Source of the DNA: Vulcanimicrobiota bacterium
Lineage (GTDB): Bacteria; Vulcanimicrobiota; Vulcanimicrobiia; Vulcanimicrobiales; Vulcanimicrobiaceae
Assembly: GCA_963820825.1 (NCBI GenBank)
Contig: CAWGBN010000006.1
Coordinates: 448,001-512,000, forward strand
Direction of reading: 5' to 3'
DNA length: 64,000 nt
Shown here: positions 52,008 through 61,121 of the stretch, piece by piece
Layout: each line of letters starts with the position of its first letter
Numbering within the stretch: position 1 is the stretch's first letter
Program-made: the position numbers and the translations under genes
The notes under the pieces: model-generated
Told to the model about the DNA's origin: nothing
Seen by the model: only the letters and a program-made list of their open reading frames with translations
The model's database searches: none

Positions 52008-52828
52008 TCGATCGCGGCCATGCTTTGCCACTATCACGTCAAGCCGACGTGCTCAACCTTTCGCGCGGCAGCTTATATTACAAAGCCGTCCCGGTCTCCG
52101 ATGCGGATCTTGACCTGATGCGTGAAATCGACGTGTTGCACACCGATCGGCCGTTTTGCGGGGCTCGGATGTTGCGCGACATTCTCCGGCGTAAAGGCTA
52201 TGAGATTGGCCGCCGGCACGTTGGCCGGCTGATGCGCCTAATGGGCATCGAAGCGCTGTACCGCAAGAAGAAAGGCACAAAGACGAATCCCGCGCACCCG
52301 ATCTATCCCTATCTTCTGAGAAATCTCGTCATCGACCGCCCGGATCAAGTCTGGTGCGCCGATATTTCGTACATCCCAATGCGGCGCGGCTTTCTCTACC
52401 TCTTCGCAATCTTGGACTGGCGAACACGGCGAGTGCTGACGTGGCGGCTTTCGAACAGCCTCACGGCTGACTTCTGCATGGATGCGGTCGAAGCGGCGGT
52501 CGCGACGTATGGTTGCCCGGAGATCTTCAATACCGATCAAGGCTGCCAGTTTACGGCGCTGGCGTTCGTCGAGATGCTCAAAAACTATGGAATCGCCATC
52601 AGCATGGACGGCCGCGGCGCCTGGCGGGACAACGTTTTTGTCGAGCGGTTTTGGCGTTCGCTGAAGTACGAGGAAGTCTATTTGCGCGCCTATGAGACCG
52701 CCAGCGAAGCCAAGCACTTCATCGGGCGCTACGTTTCATTCTACAACGCGGACCGGCCGCACTCGGCCCTCGACGGGCAAACCCCGGACGAGGTATACTT
52801 CAATAGGTCGACCGAAAGGGCGGCGTAA
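52004..52828 (+). CDS. IS3 transposase OrfB (DDE)
   Basis: WCADISYI, FNTDQGCQF, DNVFVERFWRSLKYE, YN..RPHSAL. Confidence 0.93.
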   Translation: MIDRGHALPLSRQADVLNLSRGSLYYKAVPVSDADLDLMREIDVLHTDRPFCGARMLRDILRRKGYEIGRRHVGRLMRLMGIEALYRKKKGTKTNPAHPIYPYLLRNLVIDRPDQVWCADISYIPMRRGFLYLFAILDWRTRRVLTWRLSNSLTADFCMDAVEAAVATYGCPEIFNTDQGCQFTALAFVEMLKNYGIAISMDGRGAWRDNVFVERFWRSLKYEEVYLRAYETASEAKHFIGRYVSFYNADRPHSALDGQTPDEVYFNRSTERAA

Positions 52829-52891
52829 CTAGCGTGGTCATCACACAGCGAAGGCCGGTACACTGTTCAAAAAACCGGCGCCACCTCTCTC

Positions 52892-53443
52892 ATGAAAAAA
52901 CTAGGCTACATAGCCGGAGTATGCCTCACGGCGACCTTCTTGGCCGCGTGCAGCGGCGCAAACCAGTCGGTTTCGCCATCGACACCGATGCAATACAATG
53001 TTGAGCGATCGGAAGTTCAGGCTGGCGCCAGCTCGGTGCGTCCGTTATCGTCGCTGAAAGGGGAGACTCTTGCCGCAAGTGACGTCGCGGTCAAAGGGGC
53101 CTGCCCCCAGGCCGTGGCGCAATTCAGCGCGAGCGGCGAAGCGGCTGGACCTTATCCGGGCACCTTTAAAACGACCGGAAGTTGGTACGACACATTCTCT
53201 AATAGGTTCGGGTTTCGATGGCACTTCAAGGAGTCGTTTACGATCACATCTGGGCATAACGCAATCTCCGGCACGATTAGCAAACATCATGGCGGAGAGG
53301 GTGTCGGTCCCATGGATTGCCATCACTTCGGACCGGCCTTTAAAGAGCGTGGGTTAAGGTTCGTGTCCAGGTCACTCGGCATCCGTGGGCTCGCAACGGT
53401 GGGCGACATCAAGAAAGGTTATCTCAAAGAGACCCTTCACTAG
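52892..53443 (+). CDS. Hypothetical secreted lipoprotein
   Basis: MKK..FLAAC lipobox; ASGEAAGPYPGTF motif. Confidence 0.7.
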   Translation: MKKLGYIAGVCLTATFLAACSGANQSVSPSTPMQYNVERSEVQAGASSVRPLSSLKGETLAASDVAVKGACPQAVAQFSASGEAAGPYPGTFKTTGSWYDTFSNRFGFRWHFKESFTITSGHNAISGTISKHHGGEGVGPMDCHHFGPAFKERGLRFVSRSLGIRGLATVGDIKKGYLKETLH

Positions 53444-53478
53444 ATCTGAGGCGCCGCTGGTCTGGCCCGAGACCGCGC

Positions 53479-53564
53479 CCTCGGCGCTCTCCTCGTCGGC
53501 AAGGCTTCCATTTGTCCAAGTCGGTTGTCCAAGTGTCCGTTCCGCTGATAAGTGCCGCAGCGCC
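53479..53564. repeat. Inverted copy of the 18607-18691 element (TTGTCCAAGT x2)
   Basis: Direct sequence comparison. Confidence 0.8.
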
Positions 53565-54352
53565 GGGATGCGTGCGGCAAATCGAAAGTCTACGTGGCAG
53601 ATTACCTGGAAAGCGACGTCGAGATCTACTCGCAAGCCGGCAGCAGTCCCACGGCATGCGGAAAGATCACCATGGGCGTCAGCAGCCCGGAGGGCATCTA
53701 CGTTGATGCCAAGAGTACCTTGTACGTCGCGAATTATATCGGTAGTACCGTAACGGAATATCCGCGCGCCGGCAAAGTGCCTGCGATCACGATCTCGACC
53801 ACCGCCCCGCCGTATGACGTTTTCGTTGGTGTCGATCGCACGTTGTACGTTGCGGAGCCCACCCTCGATCAGGTCGCGGAATACGCAGTCGGCACGACGT
53901 CGCCGAGCCTCACGCTGGCGATAAACGGAGGAGCTTATGGAATGGCCACGGATAGGCGTAACAACCTCTACGTGAGCTACCTAAGTAATTCTGACGGCGT
54001 AAGCCACGTTGAAAAGTTCGCACCGGGGGCGACCACCGGAACCGATCTCGGGTTCACGGTATCCTTCGCCGGCGAGCTCAAGCTCGACAAACAAAACGAC
54101 ATCATCATCGGCGATCGCAATAACAACGTCATCGACATCTTTCCGCCGGGCGCAACGACGCCGAGCAGAACCCTCGCAATCGCGGGGAAGCCCGTCTATT
54201 TCTGCTTGAACCAAGCCGAGACGCTGCTCTACGTGAGCGCTCTGAACCAAGTGCAGATTTTCAACTACCAAAGCGGCGCCCCAGTCGGGAGCATCACGAG
54301 CCGCTTACGAGTGCCGTCGGGCATAGCGGCGCGCCGCCCCGCGCCATACTAA
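53552..54352 (+). CDS. NHL/SMP-30-like beta-propeller protein, probably 5'-truncated
   Basis: PEGIYVD..TLYVANY..VTEYP blades; no signal peptide, unlike neighbouring propeller genes. Confidence 0.65.
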   Translation: MPQRRDACGKSKVYVADYLESDVEIYSQAGSSPTACGKITMGVSSPEGIYVDAKSTLYVANYIGSTVTEYPRAGKVPAITISTTAPPYDVFVGVDRTLYVAEPTLDQVAEYAVGTTSPSLTLAINGGAYGMATDRRNNLYVSYLSNSDGVSHVEKFAPGATTGTDLGFTVSFAGELKLDKQNDIIIGDRNNNVIDIFPPGATTPSRTLAIAGKPVYFCLNQAETLLYVSALNQVQIFNYQSGAPVGSITSRLRVPSGIAARRPAPY

Positions 54353-54436
54353 GAATACCGCCGACGAAGAGCAGCTTCAAACGGCTGCGGATTCCGGTAG
54401 AAGGCTCATCTGCCGAACGTCGGTAAAGAGAGGGGC

Positions 54437-55558
54437 ATGAACTCGCGTATAGTCGTAGCGGTTGCTGCATTCTCCGCCATTCTTGCTGGGTGCTCCGGCC
54501 CGTCGCAATCAAATCTCACTCCGGGGGGCGCACAGAGCGATGCTGGCTTCCGAGCGAAGACCTACACGTACGTCGATCTCGGCCCCGGACCAAATGGGAA
54601 GGATGCGTACGGTTACGGTGAGAGTCCCAGCGCGCAGGCCGGCGCGTACTTCGATCACACGATCTCGTGCGGCAAGGCTTGCTCTGCCAAGGTCTACTAC
54701 CCGCTCGCGTGGTCGGGATCCGGCTCGAGTCCGGTCGTGCTCTTGCCCCAACTCTATGTCGAAGGTTGGGCCTACGGCGCCGGCGGCTCGTCGATCGTCG
54801 GGACCCTCATCACCAATGACGGCGGCTACTTCGGATTTAACCACGCCGCGTTGTGGCAGGGTGCCTCGCATACTTTCACCGACCTCAACCCCGCCGGCAG
54901 TTGCGGAAGCTGTTCGCCGGGATCGAACGCGTACGGCACCAATGGAACGTATATCGTCGGGTCCGGCGGATCGCCGGAACACGCGCTCCTATGGAAGCTC
55001 ACGCAGTTGAAAACGCCGATCGATCTGAATCCGGCCGGCTTTGCATACTCCGAAGCGTACGTGGTGCGCGGCACCGCGCAGGCGGGCTACGCCTACTCGA
55101 GCACGACCTATTCCAACCACGCCGTTCTTTGGCACGGCACCGCCGCGAGTGCGGTCGATCTTACGCCGTCGACTTTGTCGAGCGCCTACGCAACCGGCTT
55201 GGGGCACTTGAGCGAGGTCGGTTGCGGCACGCCCGCCGGAATGTCGGTGAACCACGCGCTTTTGTGGCACGGCACTGCCGCGAGCATGGTCGACCTCCAT
55301 CCCGCAGGCTTTGTCGATTCCTGCGCTCGCGCCGCCCAGGGGAACGTGGAGGTGGGGTACGGACACATCAGCGGCACGGTGCTGCATGCGTTACTCTGGA
55401 GAGGCAGCGCGAAGAGCGCGGTCGACCTCCAGCAGTATTTGCCCGCGAGCACGTTCACGAGTTCGCAGGCATATGCGATCGACACGGGCGGCGACATCCT
55501 CGGCTCCGCATACTCGACGAGCACGCACTCGTGGCACGCGGTGATATGGGTCCCCTGA
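54437..55558 (+). CDS. Secreted repeat lipoprotein (HAF-like HALLW..DLxP repeats)
   Basis: LAGC lipobox; repeated HAxLWxGTAASxVDLxP. Confidence 0.8.
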   Translation: MNSRIVVAVAAFSAILAGCSGPSQSNLTPGGAQSDAGFRAKTYTYVDLGPGPNGKDAYGYGESPSAQAGAYFDHTISCGKACSAKVYYPLAWSGSGSSPVVLLPQLYVEGWAYGAGGSSIVGTLITNDGGYFGFNHAALWQGASHTFTDLNPAGSCGSCSPGSNAYGTNGTYIVGSGGSPEHALLWKLTQLKTPIDLNPAGFAYSEAYVVRGTAQAGYAYSSTTYSNHAVLWHGTAASAVDLTPSTLSSAYATGLGHLSEVGCGTPAGMSVNHALLWHGTAASMVDLHPAGFVDSCARAAQGNVEVGYGHISGTVLHALLWRGSAKSAVDLQQYLPASTFTSSQAYAIDTGGDILGSAYSTSTHSWHAVIWVP

Positions 55559-55605
55559 GCTAGGATCGAGCGCACCGGACGAAACTCGTTAGTTGCTTGG
55601 AGCGC

Positions 55606-56640
55606 TTAGGTCGTCACCGCGACCGCCGGATCGGCCCAGAGGTTCGTGGTTTCCCGAACCACGCGAGCCTCGTCGTGATTCAGATAGCGTGCGGCGCCAC
55701 CTTCCACATATCGCTCGATGCGTGCGACGACCTCGGCCGGGGCAATCATGTCCATGCAGTGCGGCAAGTGGTTCACGACGTCGACGCAGCGCGATCCCGG
55801 TTCGTCCTTGGCGTCACCGTCGCCTAAGCGCTCGGTACGTGCCTTCCAGCACCCGCCGTTATCGCAGCACAGCAGCGAGCCCACCGTGTGGATGAATTGG
55901 TGGTGCGGATAGGCTTCCCAATGCGGCGGTTCGCGCCCACCCGCTACGACGACGCAGGCGCGATTCTTCGGTACTCCGCCCTTGACCTCAACGGCAGCGG
56001 CGAGATGCATGTGCAGCGTTACCGGAGAGAGTACGCCCTGGGCATGATAGGTAAGGCGAAGGAGCTGGCGCAGATCGGTGCGTCCGACGAGATCGATAAC
56101 GCCGCGCAGGTTGGGATGGTAGTGCCGTTCTAGGCCGACCTGGACGAAGAGCACGCGCCCGCGAAGTGCGTCGACGACCGCTTGAAAGCGTTCGTGCGAC
56201 CACCACTTTATGGTGAAGTCGCGCTTGCCGCCGGCGACGACGATCCAAAAGGGCAAGTCGATCCCGACGATCTCCCTGACCTGTGATATCCACGCCTTCT
56301 CGCGCGCTGCGAGGTGAATGTCGCCTTTGAACGCCGTCGTCGCGATGGATACTTCCAGCCGATCGGCGAGAAACGCCGTAAAGCCTTGCACGAAATGGTG
56401 GGGCCGCTGATTGCTGGCGTGGATCAGCGGATAGTGGCACTCGATCTGCTCGGCATCGGGATCGTCGTCGGCAATCGGCGTGACGTACGGGTTGTTCTCC
56501 CAGAGTGGGGCGCACGGGGTGCGTACGTCGGTCAGGAACGCTCCCGGATGGGCCAGATGCAGGTCGCGCACCGCCGCCGTGAGCATGACGATGTCGCCCG
56601 GCGACTGATGGTTTCGAAGGATAAGTTTGCGTGGCGTCAC
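55606..56640 (-). CDS. Glycosyltransferase family 9 (ADP-heptose transferase-like)
   Basis: SPGDIVMLTAAVRDL, LWENNPYV, GGK.D..IKWW, DLVGRTDLRQL, MHLAAAV; GTG 56640 overlaps upstream stop. Confidence 0.82.
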   Translation of the reverse strand: MTPRKLILRNHQSPGDIVMLTAAVRDLHLAHPGAFLTDVRTPCAPLWENNPYVTPIADDDPDAEQIECHYPLIHASNQRPHHFVQGFTAFLADRLEVSIATTAFKGDIHLAAREKAWISQVREIVGIDLPFWIVVAGGKRDFTIKWWSHERFQAVVDALRGRVLFVQVGLERHYHPNLRGVIDLVGRTDLRQLLRLTYHAQGVLSPVTLHMHLAAAVEVKGGVPKNRACVVVAGGREPPHWEAYPHHQFIHTVGSLLCCDNGGCWKARTERLGDGDAKDEPGSRCVDVVNHLPHCMDMIAPAEVVARIERYVEGGAARYLNHDEARVVRETTNLWADPAVAVTT

Positions 56641-57749
56641 TGAAGCATTGCGAGTGCCTGTGCGAGATTCCCCTGACCGAGAATGCCGTCGTGTGCCACG
56701 TATGGTGATGGCGTAACGACCTGGTAGTTTGCCGCGAGCGCGTTGTACGGGTCGGCGCCCGAACCGCCGAGCGCGGCCGCGTTTCGGGAGAAAAACGATC
56801 GAATCGTTTGATTGATCGCCGCGTAGTTCGAAGCGTAAAAATCGTCCTGCGTGTTGTAAATGCCGCGGAAGCGGAAACTCGTTTTCAAATAGTTCGACTG
56901 ATCGTCCGCGCTCAGGCCCTGCAGGCTCTGCAGATCGGCGTTCAGCTTCGCGGTAACGTAGGCGGTATTGGCGGCGAGCTCGTTGGAACCGTTGATGGCC
57001 TCGAAGAGAAAGAGTGCCGCCATCGGACTGGGCAGTCGCTGCTGACCGGATTCCGACTCCATCACCGCAATCGATCCTCCGCCGCCGCTGTGCGCGGAGA
57101 GGATTACGCGTGAGATGCTCGGTGCGCTCGACCACACCCCTGCCGAAACGGCCGCGTCGAGGACCTCCGCGATAAAGGCATTGCTGTTAAACGGCGCGCT
57201 TCCGCTAAAGCCCGATAGCAGCGTTCCCTGCGGCAGGATGGCGATCATCGGCCGCCCGGAGCTCACCACTTGGTCTTCGATCTGATCCACCAGAACGTCG
57301 CGCACGGTACCCGCATCCGGAAGTGTCGAGGCGACGCGCTGGCGGTACCCGATATTGTGCCCGTGCAGGTGCAGGAGCACTTCCACACCGTTACTCGCGT
57401 CCAGCGTACTAGGAACGCACAAGATGGCGCGGCCGGTCGCCGATTCGGTCGTCGCCGGATCGGGCGCCGCCGATTGATTGACGTTAGTAAGCCCTTGCAG
57501 GGGAATTCGGCGGACATTGCTCACGGCACGTTCGCCGCTATTCCATCCATCGGCGACCGCGTCACTCCATCCGCCGATTACGGTCTGACTCGATGCTCCA
57601 TCGCTCGAATCGCCGTCGCTCGATCCGCCGTCGCTCGAAGCGCTGTCAGTCGATGCCGCATCGCTCGACGAATCGTCGGCCGCAGAGCTGTCGCTGCTCG
57701 TGGTATCTGATGAGTCACCGTTCGTTGAGCTGTCGTCGTCGAATGTCAT
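56637..57749 (-). CDS. Alpha/beta-hydrolase-like protein with Asp/Ser-rich N-terminal tail
   Basis: VLLHLHG, ILSAHSGGG nucleophile elbow, late H (VAHDG); ATG 57749 overlaps upstream stop. Confidence 0.65.
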   Translation of the reverse strand: MTFDDDSSTNGDSSDTTSSDSSAADDSSSDAASTDSASSDGGSSDGDSSDGASSQTVIGGWSDAVADGWNSGERAVSNVRRIPLQGLTNVNQSAAPDPATTESATGRAILCVPSTLDASNGVEVLLHLHGHNIGYRQRVASTLPDAGTVRDVLVDQIEDQVVSSGRPMIAILPQGTLLSGFSGSAPFNSNAFIAEVLDAAVSAGVWSSAPSISRVILSAHSGGGGSIAVMESESGQQRLPSPMAALFLFEAINGSNELAANTAYVTAKLNADLQSLQGLSADDQSNYLKTSFRFRGIYNTQDDFYASNYAAINQTIRSFFSRNAAALGGSGADPYNALAANYQVVTPSPYVAHDGILGQGNLAQALAMLQ

Positions 57750-58600
57750 GGTATCGTCCCATTTGCCTTCCATTGCGAGATGAGCTCGTTTGAGGCTTCG
57801 AAGTGCATGCCGTCGGGCGTCGGGTTGAAGCCCGCTCCCCAGAAGAAACTCTCGGCGGCCATGAACGGCGCGAGATCGACGAGTCCCTGCGTGACGGTCG
57901 TCGAGCCGCGCTGCGTGAGCACTCCGCCGATCGTCATATCGATAGCCGTTCCCCAAGAGTGATTCGAGAAGTTGGTCGTGGAGCCGCGCACGTACCGAAC
58001 GCAGAGCATGCCGGCGGTTCCGAGCGCGGCGTAAAGATCGGGCCGCGCGCTTTGCACCGCTGCAAACACGCGCGTCAGCGCATCCACCGCCGGCGATAAG
58101 CCCGTCACGCGGAACGGACCGACGCTGGCCGTCTTCATTAAACTTTGCAATGCCGGCGCCACCGGGCCGCACCCGGGGTCGGGGGTGCCGGGGTTTCCAA
58201 GCGCCGTCAGCATCGTCGCTTGCGAAGCCGAACTCAGGTTGGCGTTGATTCCGCTGGGAATCGGCACGGTTGCGGTGAGGTCGACGCTTGACGAGGTGCT
58301 GGAGGTGCCGGCGTCTGACGAGCCACCGTCCGAGGTGCCGGCGTCCGACGTGCCGGCGTCTGACGAGCCACCGTCCGACGTGCCGGCGTCCGACGTGCCG
58401 GCGTCCGACGTGCCGGCGTCCGAGGTGCCACCATCCGACGCGCTCACCGTTGACGCGTCGTCGCTGGTCGCGCCGTCGCTGGATGCGCCGGCGTCACTGG
58501 AGTCACTGGAATCACTGGAGTCATTACCGTTGCTACCGTTGCCGCCGTCGAACGTGCTGTCCGTTGAGGCGTCGTCGCTGGAGTCGTCTTGGTATGTCAT
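57746..58600 (-). CDS. M15-family metallopeptidase (D-Ala-D-Ala carboxypeptidase/endolysin-like) with Asp/Ser-rich N-terminal tail
   Basis: R.VRG..FSNHSWGTAID..FWG..DGMHFE. Confidence 0.85.
   Translation of the reverse strand: MTYQDDSSDDASTDSTFDGGNGSNGNDSSDSSDSSDAGASSDGATSDDASTVSASDGGTSDAGTSDAGTSDAGTSDGGSSDAGTSDAGTSDGGSSDAGTSSTSSSVDLTATVPIPSGINANLSSASQATMLTALGNPGTPDPGCGPVAPALQSLMKTASVGPFRVTGLSPAVDALTRVFAAVQSARPDLYAALGTAGMLCVRYVRGSTTNFSNHSWGTAIDMTIGGVLTQRGSTTVTQGLVDLAPFMAAESFFWGAGFNPTPDGMHFEASNELISQWKANGTIP
58300..58442. repeat. 15-bp coding tandem repeat (SDAGT/SDGGS units)
   Basis: Repeated GTGCCGGCGTCCGAC variants. Confidence 0.85.
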
Positions 58601-58725
58601 TGCTTGATACTCCGTCGGTTACGTGCGATGTCGCGCTAGGCTCGGGGGCACTCCCTTTTCGGCAGCGACCTCGGCCTGCACTGCTCTTTGGGGATTCTCG
58701 GAAGGCTCGGGCTATGCGCGAATGC

Positions 58726-59235
58726 CTATGGAGCGTGCGAGCGCTGTACGTCGGTATGATAGAGAGCGAGCGTGCCGGCGCCGTAGTGATTCGTGCTATG
58801 CGGGTCGGGGTCGTTCCCCGCCGCTACGCTCTTGTGCACCGTGCCGAATCCGGCATTGTAGGCGATGAACGCAAAGTATAAAATCTCGCTGTTGATGCCG
58901 TTCATGGTCGAGCCGTAACGTTCGCGCAGGAGTAAGCACTCCTTGATTGCCGGAGCGAGAAAGTATTTTGCCCCGACCTCGAGGTTGCTCGCAGGGTCGA
59001 GCATGTTCTGTCCGGTTGCCGTGTAGATGCCGTTGGCGTCGACGCCGTAGGTAATTTGCGCGAGACCCCATCCGCCATCACCACTGCGAGCATCTTTATT
59101 CCCGCCGCTCTCGCGCTCGACGATTGCGGCCAGGGCGCACGGCGGTACGCTCGAGGCGTTGGCGTACTGGTTGACGAGCGCCGCCCACTGGTTGATCGCG
59201 GCGTTTGAGGGATCGCGGTAAGCAACGAAATCCAT
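58726..59235 (-). CDS. Lytic transglycosylase (SLT domain)
   Basis: AAIVERESGG, GWGLAQI, DPASNL..GAKY, AYNAG; GGAAGAGG RBS. Confidence 0.85.
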   Translation of the reverse strand: MDFVAYRDPSNAAINQWAALVNQYANASSVPPCALAAIVERESGGNKDARSGDGGWGLAQITYGVDANGIYTATGQNMLDPASNLEVGAKYFLAPAIKECLLLRERYGSTMNGINSEILYFAFIAYNAGFGTVHKSVAAGNDPDPHSTNHYGAGTLALYHTDVQRSHAP

Positions 59236-59245
59236 AACCTCTTCC

Positions 59246-60160
59246 CTATGGCGATGAGTGCATGTCGTGAGTGGCCGCAAGCGCGGCGGTGACCGTTGCG
59301 GTCGTGAAGATTCGGCGGTCGTCGGCAACGACCGGACTGGTCCGGCAACGGCGATCGTTCCAGCGTTTCGAAGACGGATCGACGACGCGCAGGATCGGCG
59401 ACGACGGCCAGCTGCCGTCGCGAAGCTGAAGCTTGCCCAAGGCGCGAGGCGCCCTCTCGTCGCGGCGGCGCTGCGTCCCATCACGCAAGCGCGCGATGTC
59501 GAGTGCGAGCGCCCGCTCCACGCAGCTTGCGTCCGCTGCCGGGTTCAGCCGCGGAATAGTAAATGCCGGCGCGCCGGGAACGTCGCGCGAGAGCACGAGC
59601 AACTCTCGAGCGAGATAGAGCGCAGACGGCCACCAATACGACGCGGTCTGTTCGCGACGTGCGAGGAAACCCGCGAGCCGAGCGTAACCGCGGCGCATGA
59701 TGACGTGGCCCGACGACAGGAGGCCCGCCATCGCACGCAGCGCGACCGCGGTGACGTCGGGATGGCCGCGGCACCAGCCGCCGCGCGCGTCGCCGGGTGC
59801 ATAGGTCGCAAAGGCGCCGTCGCGCAACTGAAAGCGCGCCAACACCGCATAGTCCCGCAATGCCGGTCTGGCTCCAGCCTGTCGTAAGAACAGAATTGCG
59901 TGCGCCGTCGAGTCGGCATCGGGCGGGCAGTTGCCGTTGTAACCCCAGCCCCCGCGCTCGTGGCGCGACGATTGAATGAAGCGTACGGCCGCCGCCCGGG
60001 CTCGCACGACCCTCGGACCTGGCCAAGCCCCTGCGGCTTGCAGCAAGCGCAGACCGACGTACGCCGTTACCCACGAATCGGAGCGGCCCGGCTTTAAGAG
60101 GAAGTCGCGCCAGGCACCGTCCTCGCTCTGCTGCGCGAGCAGGAACTCGATCGCGGTCAC
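59246..60160 (-). CDS. Prenyltransferase/squalene-cyclase repeat protein (class II terpene cyclase-like)
   Basis: FLLAQQSEDGAW, GGWGYN..PPDADSTA, QLRDGAF, QLRDGSW (QW-like repeats). Confidence 0.75.
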   Translation of the reverse strand: MTAIEFLLAQQSEDGAWRDFLLKPGRSDSWVTAYVGLRLLQAAGAWPGPRVVRARAAAVRFIQSSRHERGGWGYNGNCPPDADSTAHAILFLRQAGARPALRDYAVLARFQLRDGAFATYAPGDARGGWCRGHPDVTAVALRAMAGLLSSGHVIMRRGYARLAGFLARREQTASYWWPSALYLARELLVLSRDVPGAPAFTIPRLNPAADASCVERALALDIARLRDGTQRRRDERAPRALGKLQLRDGSWPSSPILRVVDPSSKRWNDRRCRTSPVVADDRRIFTTATVTAALAATHDMHSSP

Positions 60161-61113
60161 GGTTGCAGCAACGCAAGCGCGCTGATTCCGACGCGCAATT
60201 CGGGTTCGTCTTCGGAACGCTCGACGATGCTCACGATCTCGTGATCGGGTAGACGCTCGTCGGGCACGCCGTCGAGCAGATCGCGGTATGCACCGTGCGA
60301 ACGCCCCGCTCGCGACTGCGCGGCGAGAAAACTCTTTCGAATATGTGCGACGCTACGCAGCGAGCGCGAGCGTACGAACATGGCGAACGCCGCATCGGCT
60401 CCGGGCGTAAGGCTATATCCGAAGTTGACCCAGTTCGTGGCGCTGCGTGCGGGTAAGCCGGAGAGCGCTGCGAAGGCGTCGAGCACCGCCCGCCGGCCGG
60501 GAGCCGCGGCGAGGTAGGCGTAAAACGTTGCGTTTGCGCGTTCGTCCATCGCCGGTTGCCGGAAGTAATACTCCTCCGAGCCACGCAGGCAATCGTATCC
60601 GATCATCATCGCGCGGCTGCTCGGCACGATTTGCCATACGTTCGGCTCGCCGCGCTCGCGTAATACACGCGGAACCTCGATGTACAGCTTCACGCGGACC
60701 GAACTGCCGGCGTGACGGACGCCGATCCATGCGCCCCACCGCAGCGCTCCCGCGGATTGCATGCGCTCCCACGCGCTTCGCCTTTCAGCGGGTACGGCTG
60801 CTCCCAACCGCTCGGCCAACTCGCACGCGGCGCGCAGCCGAAGCCGCTCTTCGACCTCAGGACCGGCGACTTCGGCGGCATAGCGCAGCGCGTCGTCGCG
60901 CGTCGAGAAATCGAATTGCAGAGGACTTCCATCGGTGCTCAACCTGCTGAAGCGCCAGGCGACGCCCGACCACGGCGAACCGGCGAACGCGTCGATGCAA
61001 ATGCGAAGCGTCTCGAGGGCGCCTTCGCGCTCGCCGCTGCGCAGCCGATTGCCGATGCGGGCTGCGACGGCGAGCACGTGTGCCGTTCGTTCGTCGCTCT
61101 CGCAGGCGAGCAT
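60157..61113 (-). CDS. Hypothetical protein, possibly ABBA/DMATS-like aromatic prenyltransferase
   Basis: SRLSTDGSPLQFDFS, LRYAAEV, AWIGV, RVKLYIE; composition differs sharply from the upstream part of ORF 60157-63399. Confidence 0.5.
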   Translation of the reverse strand: MLACESDERTAHVLAVAARIGNRLRSGEREGALETLRICIDAFAGSPWSGVAWRFSRLSTDGSPLQFDFSTRDDALRYAAEVAGPEVEERLRLRAACELAERLGAAVPAERRSAWERMQSAGALRWGAWIGVRHAGSSVRVKLYIEVPRVLRERGEPNVWQIVPSSRAMMIGYDCLRGSEEYYFRQPAMDERANATFYAYLAAAPGRRAVLDAFAALSGLPARSATNWVNFGYSLTPGADAAFAMFVRSRSLRSVAHIRKSFLAAQSRAGRSHGAYRDLLDGVPDERLPDHEIVSIVERSEDEPELRVGISALALLQP

Positions 61114-61121
61114 CGGCGAGG

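Larger units (their letters stand above)
51620..52888 (+). mobile_element. IS3-family insertion sequence (~1.27 kb)
   Basis: Imperfect terminal inverted repeats AGAGGTGGCCTCGGTTAGCTGAACA / TGTTCAAAAAACCGGCGCCACCTCT; orfA and orfB; no target duplication visible. Confidence 0.88.

Noticed and set aside
55606..58172. Long N-terminal extensions of ORFs 55606-57135 and 56637-58172
   Set aside because: They overlap upstream genes in other frames; coupled starts at 56640 and 57749 fit better
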